Notes under the pieces: generated by a model
What the model was told of the DNA's origin: nothing
Seen by the model: only the letters and a program-made list of their open reading frames with translations
Databases searched by the model: none
Assembly (NCBI RefSeq): GCF_006345805.1
Contig: NW_021829832.1
Span: 1 to 64,000, forward strand
DNA: 64,000 bases
Origin: Octopus sinensis
Taxonomy: Eukaryota
Direction: 5' to 3'
Shown here: piece after piece, positions 22,048 through 35,949 of the stretch
How positions within the stretch are numbered: the stretch's first letter is position 1
How the letters are laid out: each line of letters begins with the position of its first letter
Made by a program: the position numbers and the translations under genes

Positions 22048-25000
22048 TACGATGTCCTCGACTTACATGATGAGGTCCTTAAAACCTTCCCCCCAAAAAA
22101 AAATTAAAAAAAAATTTTCTGCATTTTGGTTAAAATGAACAACTACGATGTCCTCGACTTACATGATGAGGTCCTTAAAACCTTCCCCCCAAAAAAAAAA
22201 TAAAAAAAAATTTCTGCATTTTGGTTTAAAATGAACAACTACAATGTCCTCGACTTACATGATGTGGTCCTTAAAACCTTCCCCCAAAAAATTAAAAAAA
22301 AAATTTCTGCATTTTGGTTAAAATGAACAACTACGATGTCCTCGACTTACATGATGAGGTCCTTAAAACCTTCCCCCAAAAAAAATTAAAAAAAAAATTT
22401 CTGCATTTTGGTTAAAATGAACAACTACGATGTCCTCGACTTACATGATGTGGTCCTTAAAACCTTCCCCCCAAAAAAATTAAAAAAAAAATTTTCTGCA
22501 TTTTGGTTAAAATGAACAACTACGATGTCCTCGACTTACATGATGAGGTCCTTAAAAACTTCCCCCCAAAAAATTAAAAAAAAATTTCTGCATTTTGGTT
22601 AAAATGAACAACTACGATGTCCTCGACTTACATGATGAGGTCCTTAAAACCTTCCCCCCAAAAAAATTAAAAAAAAAATTTCTGCATTTTGGTTAAAATG
22701 AACAACTACGATGTCCTCGACTTACATGATGTGGTCCTTAAAACCTTCCCCCAAAAAAATTAAAAAAAAATTTTCTGCATTTTGGTTTAAAATGAACAAC
22801 TACGATGTCCTCGACTTACATGATGTGGTCCTTAAAACCTTCCCCCCAAAAAAATTAAAAAAAAATTTTCTGCATTTTGGTTAAAATGAACAACTACGAT
22901 GTCCTCGACTTACATGATGAGGTCCTTAAAACCTTCCCCCCAAAAAAATTAAAAAAAAATTTTCTGCATTTTGGTTAAAATGAACAACTACGATGTCCTC
23001 GACTTACATGATGTGGTCCTTAAAACCTTCCCCCCAAAAAAATTAAAAAAAAATTTTCTGCATTTTGGTTAAAATGAACAACTACGATGTCCTCGACTTA
23101 CATGATGAGGTCCTTAAAACCTTCCCCCCAAAAAAATTAAAAAAAAAATTTCTGCATTTTGGTTAAAATGAACAACTACGATGTCCTCGACTTACATGAT
23201 GAGGTCCTTAAAACCTTCCCCCCAAAAAAATTAAAAAAAAAATTTCTGCATTTTGGTTAAAATGAACAACTACGATGTCCTCGACTTACATGATGTGGTC
23301 CTTAAAACCTTCCCCCAAAAAAATTAAAAAAAAATTTTCTGCATTTTGGTTAAAATGAACAACTACGATGTCCTCGACTTACATGATGTGGTCCTTAAAA
23401 CCTTCCCCCAAAAAAATTAAAAAAAAATTTTCTGCATTTTGGTTAAAATGAACAACTACGATGTCCTCGACTTACATGATGAGGTCCTTAAAACCTTCCC
23501 CCAAAAAAAATAAAAAAAAAATTTCTGCATTTTGGTTAAAATGAACAACTACGATGTCCTCGACTTACATGATGAGGTCCTTAAAACCTTCCCCCCAAAA
23601 AAATAAAAAAAAAAATTTCTGCATTTTGGTTAAAATGAACAACTACGATGTCCTCGACTTACATGATGTGGTCCTTAAAACCTTCCCCCAAAAAAATTAA
23701 AAAAAATTTTCTGCATTTTGGTTAAAATGAACAACTACGATGTCCTCGACTTACATGATGAGGTCCTTAAAACCTTCCCCCAAAAAAATAAAAAAAAATT
23801 TCTGCATTTTGGTTAAAATGAACAACTACGATGTCCTCGACTACATGATGAGGTCCTTAAAACCTCCCCCCAAAAAAAATTAAAAAAAAAATTTCTGCAT
23901 TTTGGTTAAAATGAACAACTACGATGTCCTCGACTTACATGATGTGGTCCTTAAAACCTTCCCCCCAAAAAAATTAAAAAAAAATTTTCTGCATTTTGGT
24001 AAAAATGAACAACTACGATGTCCTCGACTTACATGATGTGGTCCTTAAAACCTTCCCCCCAAAAAAAATTAAAAAAAAATTTCTGCATTTTGGTTAAAAT
24101 GAACAACTACGATGTCCTCGACTTACATGATGAGGTCCTTAAAACCTTCCCCCCAAAAAAATTAAAAAAAAAATTTTCTGCATTTTGGTTAAAATGAACA
24201 ACTACGATGTCCTCGACTTACATGATGTGGTCCTTAAAACCTTCCCCCAAAAAAATTAAAAAAAAATTTTCTGCATTTTGGTTAAAATGAACAACTACGA
24301 TGTCCTCGACTTACATGATGTGGTCCTTAAAACCTTCCCCCAAAAAAATTAAAAAAAAATTTTCTGCATTTTGGTTAAAATGAACAACTACGATGTCCTC
24401 GACTTACATGATGTGGTCCTTAAAACCTTCCCCCCCAAAAAAATTAAAAAAAAAATTTCTGCATTTTGGTTAAAATGAACAACTACGATGTCCTCGACTT
24501 ACATGATGTGGTCCTTAAAAACTTCCCCCCTAAAAAAATTAAAAAAAAATTTTCTGCATTTTGGTTAAAATGAACAACTACGATGTCCTCGACTTACATG
24601 ATGAGGTCCTTAAAACCTTCCCCCCAAAAAAATTAAAAAAAAAATTTCTGCATTTTGGTTAAAATGAACAACAACTACGATGTCCTCGACTTACATGATG
24701 TGGTCCTTAAAACCTTCCCCCCAAAAAAATTAAAAAAAAAATTTTCTGCATTTTGGTTAAAATGAAACAACTACGATGTCCTCGACTTACATGATGAGGT
24801 CCTTAAAACCTTCCCCCAAAAAAAATTAAAAAAAAATTTCTGCATTTTGGTTTAAAATGAACAACTACAATGTCCTCGACTTACATGATGTGGTCCTTAA
24901 AACCTTCCCCCCAAAAAAATTAAAAAAAAATTTTTCTGCATTTTGGTTAAAATGAACAACTACGATGTCCTCGACTTACATGATGAGGTCCTTAAAACCT

Positions 25001-28000
25001 TCCCCCCAAAAAAATTAAAAAAAAATTTTCTGCATTTTGGTTAAAATGAACAACTACAATGTCCTCGACTTACATGATGAGTCCTTAAAACCTTCCCCCA
25101 AAAAAAATTAAAAAAAAATTTTCTGCATTTTGGTTAAAATGAACAACTACGATGTCCTCGACTTACATGATGTGGTCCTTAAAACCTTCCCCCCAAAAAA
25201 ATTAAAAAAAAATTTTCTGCATTTTGGTTAAAATGAACAACTACGATGTCCTCGACTTACATGATGTGGTCCTTAAAACCTTCCCCCCAAAAAATTAAAA
25301 AAAAATTTTCTGCATTTTGGTTAAAATGAACAACTACGATGTCCTCGACTTACATGATGTGGTCCTTAAAACCTTCCCCCCAAAAAAATTAAAAAAAAAT
25401 TTTCTGCATTTTGGTTAAAATGAACAACTACGATGTCCTCGACTTACATGATGAGGTCCTTAAAACCTTCCCCCCAAAAAAATTAAAAAAAAATTTCTGC
25501 ATTTTGGTTAAAATGAACAACTACGATGTCCTCGACTTACATGATGAGGTCCTTAAAACCTTCCCCCAAAAAAATTAAAAAAAAAATTTCTGCATTTTGG
25601 TTAAAATGAACAACTACGATGTCCTCGACTTACATGATGGGTCCTTAAAACCTTCCCCCCAAAAAAATTAAAAAAAAATTTCTGCATTTTGGTTTAAAAT
25701 GAACAACTACGATGTCCTCGACTTACATGATGTGGTCCTTAAAACCTTCCCCCCAAAAAATTAAAAAAAAATTTCTGCATTTTGGTTAAAATGAACAACT
25801 ACGATGTCCTCGACTTACATGATGTGGTCCTTAAAACCTTCCCCCCAAAAAAATTAAAAAAAATTTTCTGCATTTTGGTTAAAATGAACAACTACGATGT
25901 CCTCGACTTACATGATGTGGTCCTTAAAAACTTCCCCCCCCACCTCCCTCAACCCAAAACCCCCCCCAAAAATTAAAAAAAAAATTTTCTGCATTTTGGT
26001 TAAAATGAACAACTACGATGTCCTCGACTTACATGATGTGGTCCTTAAAACCTTCCCCCCAAAAAAATTAAAAAAAAATTTTCTGCATTTTGGTTTAAAA
26101 TGAACAACTACGATGTCCTCGACTTACATGATGTGGTCCTTAAAACCTTCCCCCCAAAAAAATTAAAAAAAAATTTCTGCATTTTGGTTAAAATGAACAA
26201 CTACGATGTCCTCGACTTACATGATGTGGTCCTTAAAACCTTCCCCCCAAAAAAATTAAAAAAAAATTTCTGCATTTTGGTTAAAATGAACAACTACGAT
26301 GTCCTCGACTTACATGATGTGGTCCTTAAAACCTTCCCCCCAAAAAATTAAAAAAAATTTTCTGCATTTTGGTTAAAATGAACAACTACGATGTCCTCGA
26401 CTTACATGATGAGGTCCTTAAAACCTTCCCCCCAAAAAAATTAAAAAAAAATTTCTGCATTTTGGTTAAAATGAACAACTACGATGTCCTCGACTTACAT
26501 GATGTGGTCCTTAAAACCTTCCCCCCAAAAAAATTAAAAAAAAATTTTCTGCATTTTGGTTAAAATGAACAACTACGATGTCCTCGACTTACATGATGTG
26601 GTCCTTAAAACCTTCCCCCCAAAAAAAATTAAAAAAAAATTTTCTGCATTTTGGTTAAAATGAACAACTACGATGTCCTCGACTTACATGATGTGGTCCT
26701 TAAAAACTTCCCCCCAAAAAATTAAAAAAAAATTTTCTGCATTTTGGTTAAAATGAACAACTACGATGTCCTCGACTTACATGATGAGGTCCTTAAAACC
26801 TTCCCCCCAAAAAAATTAAAAAAAAATTTCTGCATTTTGGTTAAAATGAACAACTACGATGTCCTCGACTTACATGATGTGGTCCTTAAAACCTTCCCCC
26901 AAAAAAATTAAAAAAAAATTTTCTGCATTTTGGTTAAAATGAACAACTACGATGTCCTCGACTTACATGATGTGGTCCTTAAAACCTTCCCCCAAAAAAA
27001 TTAAAAAAAAATTTTCTGCATTTTGGTTAAAATGAACAACTACGATGTCCTCGACTTACATGATGTGGTCCTTAAAACCTTCCCCCAAAAAAATTAAAAA
27101 AAAATTTTCTGCATTTTGGTTAAAATGAACAACTACGATGTCCTCGACTTACATGATGTGGTCCTTAAAACCTTCCCCCCAAAAAATTAAAAAAAAAATT
27201 TCTGCATTTTGGTTAAAATGAACAACTACGATGTCCTCGACTTACATGATGAGGTCCTTAAAACCTTCCCCCCAAAAAATTAAAAAAAATTTTCTGCATT
27301 TTGGTTAAAATGAACAACTACGATGTCCTCGACTTACATGATGTGGTCCTTAAAACCTTCCCCCAAAAAAATTAAAAAAAAATTTTCTGCATTTTGGTTA
27401 AAATGAACAACTACGATGTCCTCGACTTACATGATGAGGTCCTTAAAACCTTCCCCCCAAAAAAATAAAAAAAAATTTTCTGCATTTTGGTTAAAATGAA
27501 CAACTACGATGTCCTCGACTTACAGATGTGGTCCTTAAAACCTTCCCCCCAAAAAAATTAAAAAAAAATTTCTGCATTTTGGTTAAAATGAACAACTACG
27601 ATGTCCTCGACTTACATGATGAGGTCCTTAAAACCTTCCCCCCAAAAAAAATTAAAAAAAATTTTCTGCATTTTGGTTAAAATGAACAACTACGATGTCC
27701 TCGACTTACATGATGAGGTCCTTAAAACTATCCCCCCCCCAAAAAAATTAAAAAAAAATTTTCTGCATTTTGGTTAAAATGAACAACTACGATGTCCTCG
27801 ACTTACATGATGAGGTCCTTAAAACTATCCCCCCCCCAAAAAAATTAAAAAAAAATTTTCTGCATTTTGGTTAAAATGAACAACTACGATGTCCTCGACT
27901 TACATGATGAGGTCCTTAAAACCTTCCCCCCAAAAAAAAATTAAAAAAAATTTTCTGCATTTTGGTAAAAATGAACAACTACGATGTCCTCGACTTACAT

Positions 28001-28210
28001 GATGAGGTCCTTAAAACCTTCCCCGCAAAAAAAAATTAAAAAAAATTTTCTGCATTTTGGTAAAAATGAACAACTACGATGTCCTCGACTTACATGATGA
28101 GGTCCTTGAAACCTTCCCGCCAAAAAATCAAAAAATTATTTCCTGCATTTGATTAAAATGAACAACTTTAATGTCCTCGACATTCATGATGAGGTCCATT
28201 AAAACCTTCA
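22048..28210 (+). repeat. Tandem array of ~93-bp units (about 66 copies)
   Basis: Unit ATGAACAACTACGATGTCCTCGACTTACATGATG(A/T)GGTCCTTAAAACCTTC5-7A6-9TTA8-10TTTCTGCATTTTGGTTAAA; variation is mostly in homopolymer length. Confidence 0.97.
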
Positions 28211-28575
28211 AGGCAAAAATCTCACGTATTAAGAATATCCTTGATGAAAACGACAGCGAGAATATTAACACTGATGAACTCCTAATTATTCGCGAGAAAG
28301 AAATTCAATTCATCCTATGTTTTCTCTTTAAAATTAAATGCATATATCATTATCGACATGAATCAAAATTAAAGCTATTATCATATTTGACTTTGACAGA
28401 ATGTGAAATTACAGATTGCACGACTTTGAATAGAGTGTGGAATTAACAGATTTTGAAAAACCACTTTGATAGTTGAAACCACATTAGCACAATCATTAAC
28501 ACAATTTACCACCAATTGACGCACGACCTTGAATAGAGTGTGCAATTAACAGATTTTGAAAAACACTTTGATAGT

Positions 28576-28939
28576 CATCGAAATATCTTTATAAAAAGAC
28601 CGAAAATAGTTAAGTTCCAGCGGCGAGGACGCAGTGTGCGTTGCCCCGAACAATGGCCAGGCCGATGCGCTGGCGGAACCAGAGGCTCTCTCTCGAGTCC
28701 TTGAGCCTTCTCCCGATGGACTGCCCGACCTCTTTGAGGAACGAGTCAGTCTCCTTTCCTGCAACTCCAGCGGTCTCCAGAGCGATTGCCGTAACGCGGT
28801 AGCGGTCTGCGAGCGAAGAATATTTGTGTATTTTGATCTTTTCGGCGTGGTTTGCAGCCGAACAAGGGTTTGCCGCAGAAGAATGGATCCTCGATTTCGA
28901 AAAGGTATCCACAACGGTGACATCCCATACAAGGGCCTT
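28576..28939 (-). mobile_element. CRE-like 3' fragment C inserted in Helitron 1 with 10-bp TSD
   Basis: KALVWDVTVVDTF..EKIKIHKY..ALETAG..IVRGNA. TSD CTTTGATAGT at 28566-28575 and 28940-28949. The empty site is preserved in an adjacent ~100-bp duplicate. Confidence 0.85.
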
Positions 28940-29239
28940 CTTTGATAGTTGAAACCACATTAGCACAATCATTAACACAATTTACCACCAATTGACAGCG
29001 CCATCAGAAGAATTTGCGTAAAAATATTAACTATTTAGTTAAGTTTTTCGTAAAGCTAGAATTTATTTTATACATCTACATAAACTTATAGTTGTTTGAT
29101 GAAACAGGCCCTCCGCAGGAGCTAGGTCGCGGTGAGCGAAGCGAGCTGCCGAGCTAGTGTAAAAATAAAATTTTAGACAAGCCATTCAAAAATAATAAAT
29201 TAAACATCAAAATTATTACAAAAATAATTAAAATACCAA

Positions 29240-31863
29240 CAAAGGGCCCTGATTGGAAATGCCACGAAGAAACACTCCGACGCTCTTTCATGGGCAAAAC
29301 TATTCCTCTTTCCCGTCTACGCTTTGGGCGTCCCGATACAGCAACAAAGGGATGGGCAATCCCTTGCTAAAGTTTTGAAAGCGCAGATCGCTGAATTCAT
29401 GTCCAATTGCGAGTCCGTCCTCTGCCCCCCTACCGAAGAGACGCACAAAGTTGAAAGAAGGCCTTCAAAGGCATCTGAGGCCGAAAGGATACGGCGGCTG
29501 GTACGGACAAAACTCATGGAAGGAGACGTAAAGGCCGCTGTACGAACCATATCCTCGGACCTGGGCACCCTCCCATACAGCACTGCTACTGTTTCTGCAT
29601 TGAAGGCGAAACATCCCAGCGCCCCTGAAGACTTTCGTGAATTCCACCTCCCTAATGTCATGCCACTAGTAGCCTCGGCCGCGGACGTCTCCGATAGCCT
29701 GAAATCTTTCCGTCGCAGCAGCTCTGGTGGTGTGGATGGCCTAAGGCCTGGGCATGTTCGTGATTTGATGTCTCGGCTCTCAGGGGAAACTACCTTGCTC
29801 GAAAAGATCGTCGGACTCTCTAACAAGATTCTGTCCGGCGACTTATGCTCTTTTGCCCGTGAGATGATCTTCTCCTCATGGTTGACGGCCCTAAAGAAGG
29901 CGGATGGCGGAGTTCGCCCCATTGCTGTCGGAAACATTTTCCGAAGGATTGCTTCCAAGATAGCAAGCAAGGCAGGCTCTGGGAACTTCTGTCGTACTTC
30001 GTACCAACACAGCTCGGAGTTGGTGTCCGAGGAGGCGCTGAGGCCGAGGTCCACGCTCTACGTGAGTTTGTTTTTTCTTCCACGGATTCCCAACGAATTC
30101 TGGCCAAGAACGATTTAAAGAATGCATTTAATTCTGTTAGAAGAGACTGTATTCTTGAAGCTTGTGCCAAAGAAATTCCGCACATCCTACCGATTGTAAA
30201 TTTGGCATACTCCAAGCCTTCCGCACTTGTATTCGGAACAACAATACTTGATTCTGCCAATGGAGTTCAACAAGGTGACCCTCTAGGTCCTCTTTTATTC
30301 TCCCTCGCAATTCACCATACAACGAGATCATGTAAAAATGATCTTAACATGTGGTATTTGGATGATGGAGTAATTGGAGGAACCCCTGAGGGCATCTTGG
30401 AAACGCTGAAGTCTCTTGTTTTTAAATTGGAGCGCTTGGCTTGAATTCAACTGCGGCAAATGCGAAATTGTGAATGTCAACACGGACGAACTTTCCTTTC
30501 GTAAGTGGATGACCGAATTCGACAAACTGCTACCTGGATGCACCTTCCCCCTCAAAGAGGACTTGATTTTTCTTGGATCTCCTATTTTTGAAAGTGGTAT
30601 CAAAGCTGTTATGAAGGCTAAATTTCGGAATTTTCCCTTCTCTCTGAAAAATTACGTTGTGTGGATAGCCACATTGGGCTCTTTTTAATGAGGAACTGTC
30701 TATCTATTCCGAAGTTAACATACCTTTTGAGGACGGCCCAATGCTATCAGGAAACAGATCTTCTCGAAGACTATTCCGAGCATATGAGAGCTTGCACTGA
30801 GGACATCCTCAACGTTAGCTTCGATACGCAGTCGTGGAAACAGGCAACTCTTCCAATTTCCCTGGGAGGGATCGGCTTGATCACCCCGGCAGATTCAGCG
30901 CACGGCGCATATTTTTCCTCAGTACTCTCGTCCAGAGATATGATCGACACTCTTCTTTCTCAAATAAACGAACAGAGGAAATCATTTGCTGTGGATGATT
31001 GCGTCGCCGTATGGGAAAAGCTGGGATTGCCATTGCCATCTGATGTGACTTGCCAATCGGAGTGGACGTCGAAAGTCCACGCCAATACGTTTTCATGCCT
31101 AAAGGAAACCATGGACCAGAGAAGGTTGGCTTGTTTACAAGCGGGCAGCCAGCCCCTAAGCGGCGCATGGCTAAACTGTTACCCTTGTAATACAACTGGC
31201 TGCCTTCTTAATGATGAAGCCGTAAGAATTGGAGTTTGTCTGCGCCTCGGTCTACGCGTCTATGAAAAACACCAATGCCGGTGCGGCGTGTGGACTGACG
31301 AGTTTGGATATCACTCCCTCTCCTGTCGAAACGGAATTAGACGTTCCTCACGGCATTCCGAACTGAACCAGATCATCTGTCGATCTCTTTGAACTGCTGG
31401 ATTCCACACACAATTGGAACCTGTAGGGATTTTCGTAGAGGACGGCAGAAGACCCGATGGGATGACCACATTTCCATTCCAGAGGGGAAAGTGTCTGGTT
31501 TGGGACGTCACGTGTGTGAACTCCTTTTCCAATCAGAACATCAAATTATGCATCGAGAATCCTGGAGCCCCGTCTGAACGGGCAGAAAAGAGAAAAGCTG
31601 AGAAATACGCTGGAATTGGGAATGGGAGAGTGTTTGCCCCCCTGGCTGTTGAGACGTCAGGAATACAGGGGCCTTCTACTCGGACCCTACTCCAGCGCAT
31701 TGCCTCATTAATCGGAAGGGTTACCGGCGACCCGTGTGAGCACCGGTATTTAATCGAAAGAATATCTATAGCAATAGTCAGAGGCAATACTCTGGCTATC
31801 TGCCAATGACTATTTCTCTTTTGGTTTACATAAATAAAATTTAAATAATTAAAAAAAAAAAAA
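29240..31863 (+). mobile_element. CRE-like RLE retrotransposon B, 5'-truncated, frameshifted, poly(A) tail
   Basis: VRPIAVG, QLGVGV..NDLKNAFNS, GVQQGDPLGP, WYLDD, CRCG..H..C, RPDG..WDVTC; A run at about 31851-31863. Confidence 0.92.
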
Positions 31864-31974
31864 ATAAATAAATGAAATAAACTAACAGTGTTCTTTGTTT
31901 TTGTCTATTGTTTGTTAATGGATCTTAATAAAATGCCTTTGTCGAATTAAACAAAGTATTAGTAAATAATAGCC

Positions 31975-33356
31975 ATGAAGGAATTGGAGTCAATTGTGAG
32001 AGACCTCGAACATCGTCTCTGTCGTCGAAAGTTGAAAGCGCACAATCTGAAATTAGCTCTACGAAAGAGAATCGCTGACGCTAAAGAATTGCAGTTTTAT
32101 GCAAATTGGATAAATGACAGTCATCTCCGACGGAAGGAAAACAGACGGATTGTTGACTCATTTTGTAATGATGTAAAGAACTACATCATTTCCCTCGTCA
32201 CTTCACTGACAGGAGAAGAGGACATCCCTGCCACGCCACTGACCAATCCTCGAGTAATAATTCGAATCATCGTTGACAGTTTATTTGTCAAGTAATGTCG
32301 TTAATGGAGAAGGCGAAGGATATAAATATGCACAGTCGGAATCTCATTTGCTGACGTTGTCGGACAATTCAATGAACTCAGGTTAATTGTGTTTTGTTAC
32401 TCCAGGAATGTGTTCAAAGAATATACACAGCTGATTGGGCAGTCCGTGACTCATCAACAGTCCCATCTGAGTGAAATAGATCCTGGTTTAGTGGAGACTC
32501 AACTAAATGCGACTAATTTCAAGTCGCCTCAGCCTCCTTACAAGAATGCCCATTTGTCGTCGTTATCTCCTCAATGTAGTGTCGGCAATTGTGCTGACCC
32601 ACTGAGTTCGCGCCATACTCTTTTGGAGAATCGTATGCATTCTCTGTTTCGTTCCCACTCGGCTGTTTTGGAAAGCAATTCTCTCTTCCTTCTCAAAGTA
32701 GAGGCAGTTGAGGCTGATATTGAACGGATTGCTCGATCGAGTGGTACATTCAATACAATGGAAAACGATGGTTGTCCCGCTCTTTTTATGTTAGTAGTTT
32801 GTTCATCCCCTAACCAAACCAGACTTTCTTCTGACAGGTCATTGGATCGGATATTGGAAGGTAGTGCTCTTTTAAGAGTTGAAGAGGCCCGGACGTGTTC
32901 AGTCGTTGTTCAGCACTGTTGTTCCCACCATTGAGGAGGTTGGTTGTGGTTTACATGTAGAAGGTCGTGTGTTTCCCTCATGATGCATTGAGGGAGCAAT
33001 ATTCTATTATGTTTAGCGACCAGGCCACGAATACCCAATTAACTACTTTTCCACATGTTGGTCCTCGAGAGGAAATTCCTGGCGATACTATAGGAGAAAG
33101 GCTAAAGAATAGGAAGAAAAAAGGTCTCAAGACGAGATCAAGAAAGTTACTCAACTCCATAATGTCTCCGCTGTGTAAACGCTTGTGTCGAGTAGATGAT
33201 AAATCTTGCAGTGACCACGAAGAGTTCGAACAACGTCGACTACGACTAAGAAGTAATAAACACAGAGACTATCTTGATGTGTCTCCTTCGGTTGTTGCTG
33301 CTTCCAAGCGGGATGTTTCTGCCAATGTATTTAAAAATCGGTGTATATATCGTTGA
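31975..33356 (+). CDS. Unidentified gene(s), coiled-coil N-terminus
   Basis: Consecutive plus-strand ORFs (106, 181 and 129 aa) with coding-like composition. No family recognised. Confidence 0.3.
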
Positions 33357-34104
33357 TTTTTATTTGGTTTCCTTAGTATTTCTTTATTATCTTCTGGAGA
33401 GGTGCACTTGGTGCTTTTTCTATATTTTTATAGCCTACTTATTTGACTCCGTTCTAGTCTATTTAGTGGTCTTTTTCCATAGCAATTTTTTAAAAATTTT
33501 CCTCTTCCGACTGTCTTCAAAGGCAATTCGTCTAAAACCGAACAGAAATAGTAGTGAGAGATGCTTTCTGTTGTGTTGATATTAATTGTGTCTCCTTTTT
33601 TGTATTAATTTAGCCTTATTGATTAATTGTATTAAAACATTTTCACACCATTATTTTATAAGTAAATTATTTACCTGATCAATTAGTGTAAATAATAATG
33701 GTTTATGTTTACTTTGTAGATTATCCCGTTAATATTTGTATTACAAATCACATGCAGTGATTATTAATTTTATTGGATTGTAGCAAATTAAAACTCGTCT
33801 AAACACTATAATCCTATAAAATAATCAAAATTGATAAAAATATTGTAATTCAAATCACAGACTTTGTGAGCAATTAAATAATTAACAGGCTAAAAAATAA
33901 TTTAATGTAACTGTACCATCTTTTTATGTATTATTGATCGACATTATGTTTTACAGATTAACGACACATCAAAAACAATGTTATTACCTGCGGGCAATTA
34001 AAAAACATAATTTGTCTTGATTCTTGGTCTATTAATTTATTTTTACAAAGCAAGTCAATCACGAAAAAATTAAATATTTATTACTTTCAGATAAATTAGT
34101 AATA

Positions 34105-34710
34105 TTAATTTTCCGGGACATTAATATTTTGAAAGCACACTCGAGAGTGCTTTTTCAGCTGCGAAAGTCTCGAGAAAGTGTCTCCACATACATTACAGAT
34201 GTTTTTCTTGGTCCGATAATGAATTTGAGCGTGAGCTCTGAGATTTGATTTATCCGCGAATGCTCGATTACAAATAGAACACTTGTATGGTTTTTCTCCA
34301 GTGTGAGTTCGCATGTGACCTTGCAGCAGCCAGGCCCTCGAAAAGTGCTTCCCGCACACCTTACATTCACAGAGCAGAAGGTGCGTTTGTACATGCATCT
34401 TTAGTGCACTTTTAAAACCATATCCTCTCCCACAGTAACTGCATAGCAATAATGTGCTGCTTTTAGATTCTTTCTTTTGTAATTCTTTATTTTTCAAGCC
34501 TTTCTTTTTTGACATTCGTATAGAATTCCCTGACGGTTTTACATCTTGTTCAGGTAAAATGTCTTTTATTAAAAATCCCTTCTTTTTTTGATTGAAATTT
34601 TTGTTGATATTGTCGATCCACTGATAGTAATAATAATACATCAAGTTGTTGAAATGTTGGATGTGCAGGTCTATAAACAGACTGTCAAAGTCATATCCAA
34701 AATTAAACAT
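34105..34710 (-). CDS. snail: Snail-family C2H2 zinc-finger transcription factor
   Basis: Four fingers, including [38 protein letters not shown] and a final [11 protein letters not shown]...C, which fits Snail rather than Scratch. Confidence 0.85.
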   Translation of the reverse strand: MFNFGYDFDSLFIDLHIQHFNNLMYYYYYQWIDNINKNFNQKKKGFLIKDILPEQDVKPSGNSIRMSKKKGLKNKELQKKESKSSTLLLCSYCGRGYGFKSALKMHVQTHLLLCECKVCGKHFSRAWLLQGHMRTHTGEKPYKCSICNRAFADKSNLRAHAQIHYRTKKNICNVCGDTFSRLSQLKKHSRVCFQNINVPEN

Positions 34711-35949
34711 TTGAAAATTCCCTATCGCTAATCTAGAATTTATAATCTAGATTCGCGCAATCAGTCATTAAATTATTCTTTACAAAGATCAAAGAAAATT
34801 ATTGAAAGAATGTCTCGTAGCAATTATTAGTAACGACTTCTTCAATGACTTTGTTTTTACTATGTCAGTGGTATGTTACTCATCAATCAAATCATTAATG
34901 ATCCCTTCTTTTAGCATTTCTTCAAATAATATAAATAATTGTTCAATAATTGATCATGTGCAGGTTAGAAAATTTAACATTCTGAGATAACTAGTTTTGT
35001 TAATACATTGCATTTTGTCAAGTACTAATTTCTCAATAGATTCTTGAATTAGACAAGTATCGAAGCAGATGTAAATGGCATTATGATATTAATTGGTTTC
35101 TGATTTTCAAGTAAAAATCATGTTACAAAAATATGTTCTAATTATAAATAAATTGTTTTTTTATCTCCTGTCAGTTTTTAATTAAAACGCAGAGGTGTTG
35201 CATAGTTTATGTTTGTTTAAGATCATTTATTCACAAATAGAGTTTTTAGAACTATCAGATATGTTATCGAAACGAATAAAAATAAATCATTGACTTTTTT
35301 TCTATAAATATTTTAGCTCAAGACTTTTGAATTAAGCTTGCCAGTAAAAAATAGCCGCTCTGATTGTGCAGACAATCATGGTCGACTCTTGTCTTTGCAT
35401 TATTAAACCTATCACTTTTTCATATATTTAGTAATGGATTAAAACTGATTTCTACTTAACTAATGACTTATAATAAAATGTTTTTTTAAGGAATCGTTTT
35501 TAAAAATTTATAAGACTTGATTATTAAAAAACTTCGTAATTTATGTTTTTTGAACAAATATACGTTTATTCCAAATATTTGTTGATATTTTTTTTTAATT
35601 CTTCAATTATAAAAGAGAAAAAAGAATCACTTATGCTGGAAGAGAATTGCTTGAATGTTCCAGTATGAAAAATAAATATTGTATCAACCAAACCGATTAC
35701 ATACTGTGCAGACAAACACGGAAGGCTCTACTCACGCACTCCTGTACATACAGTGCCATGATCCAGTGATCACCGACTACTGATGGCACGTCTCGTTCTA
35801 AAGCAACGTTTTGGATTTTGCGGAGTACTTGCAGCTACTACACAGGGCAGGAACTTGGCCGTGGAGATCCTATGTTTTTCAGACTATACCCATATAAAAT
35901 ATGAAGAGAAAATACTGAAAACTATTGGACAATATTAACTCAAATGTGT

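Larger units (their letters stand above)
21976..29157 (+). mobile_element. Non-autonomous Helitron 1 carrying a 6-kb tandem array
   Basis: 5' A|TCTTAATAATAAAATG followed by a (TG)n(TCTG)n microsatellite. 3' GCGAAGC-containing hairpin then CTAG|T at 29154-29158. The 3' ~110 bp match the helicase-bearing Helitron end at 59269-59400. Confidence 0.75.

Noticed and set aside
22141-22236. Satellite unit as an SL RNA or snoRNA gene (AAC start, ATTTTGG Sm-like site, ATGATGA C-box)
   Set aside because: The Sm-like motif is not conserved in array 2, there is no D box or convincing splice donor, and the units sit inside a Helitron. It could be re-tested against mRNA 5' ends.
25921-25965. Aberrant C-rich insert in one satellite unit
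   Set aside because: A single low-complexity occurrence between C runs; most likely a sequencing or slippage artefact.
25782-26563. Repeat-protein ORFs (MNNYDVLDLHD.. and MNNKKVLDSHD..) from the satellites
   Set aside because: The two unit types align at DNA level with frame-shifting indels (CTTAAAACCTTC vs CCCCAAAACCTTC), and homopolymer lengths break the frame constantly. Conservation is not at protein level.
22048-28210. CRISPR-like array
   Set aside because: No unique spacers: units are contiguous near-identical copies. The context is eukaryotic and no cas genes are present.
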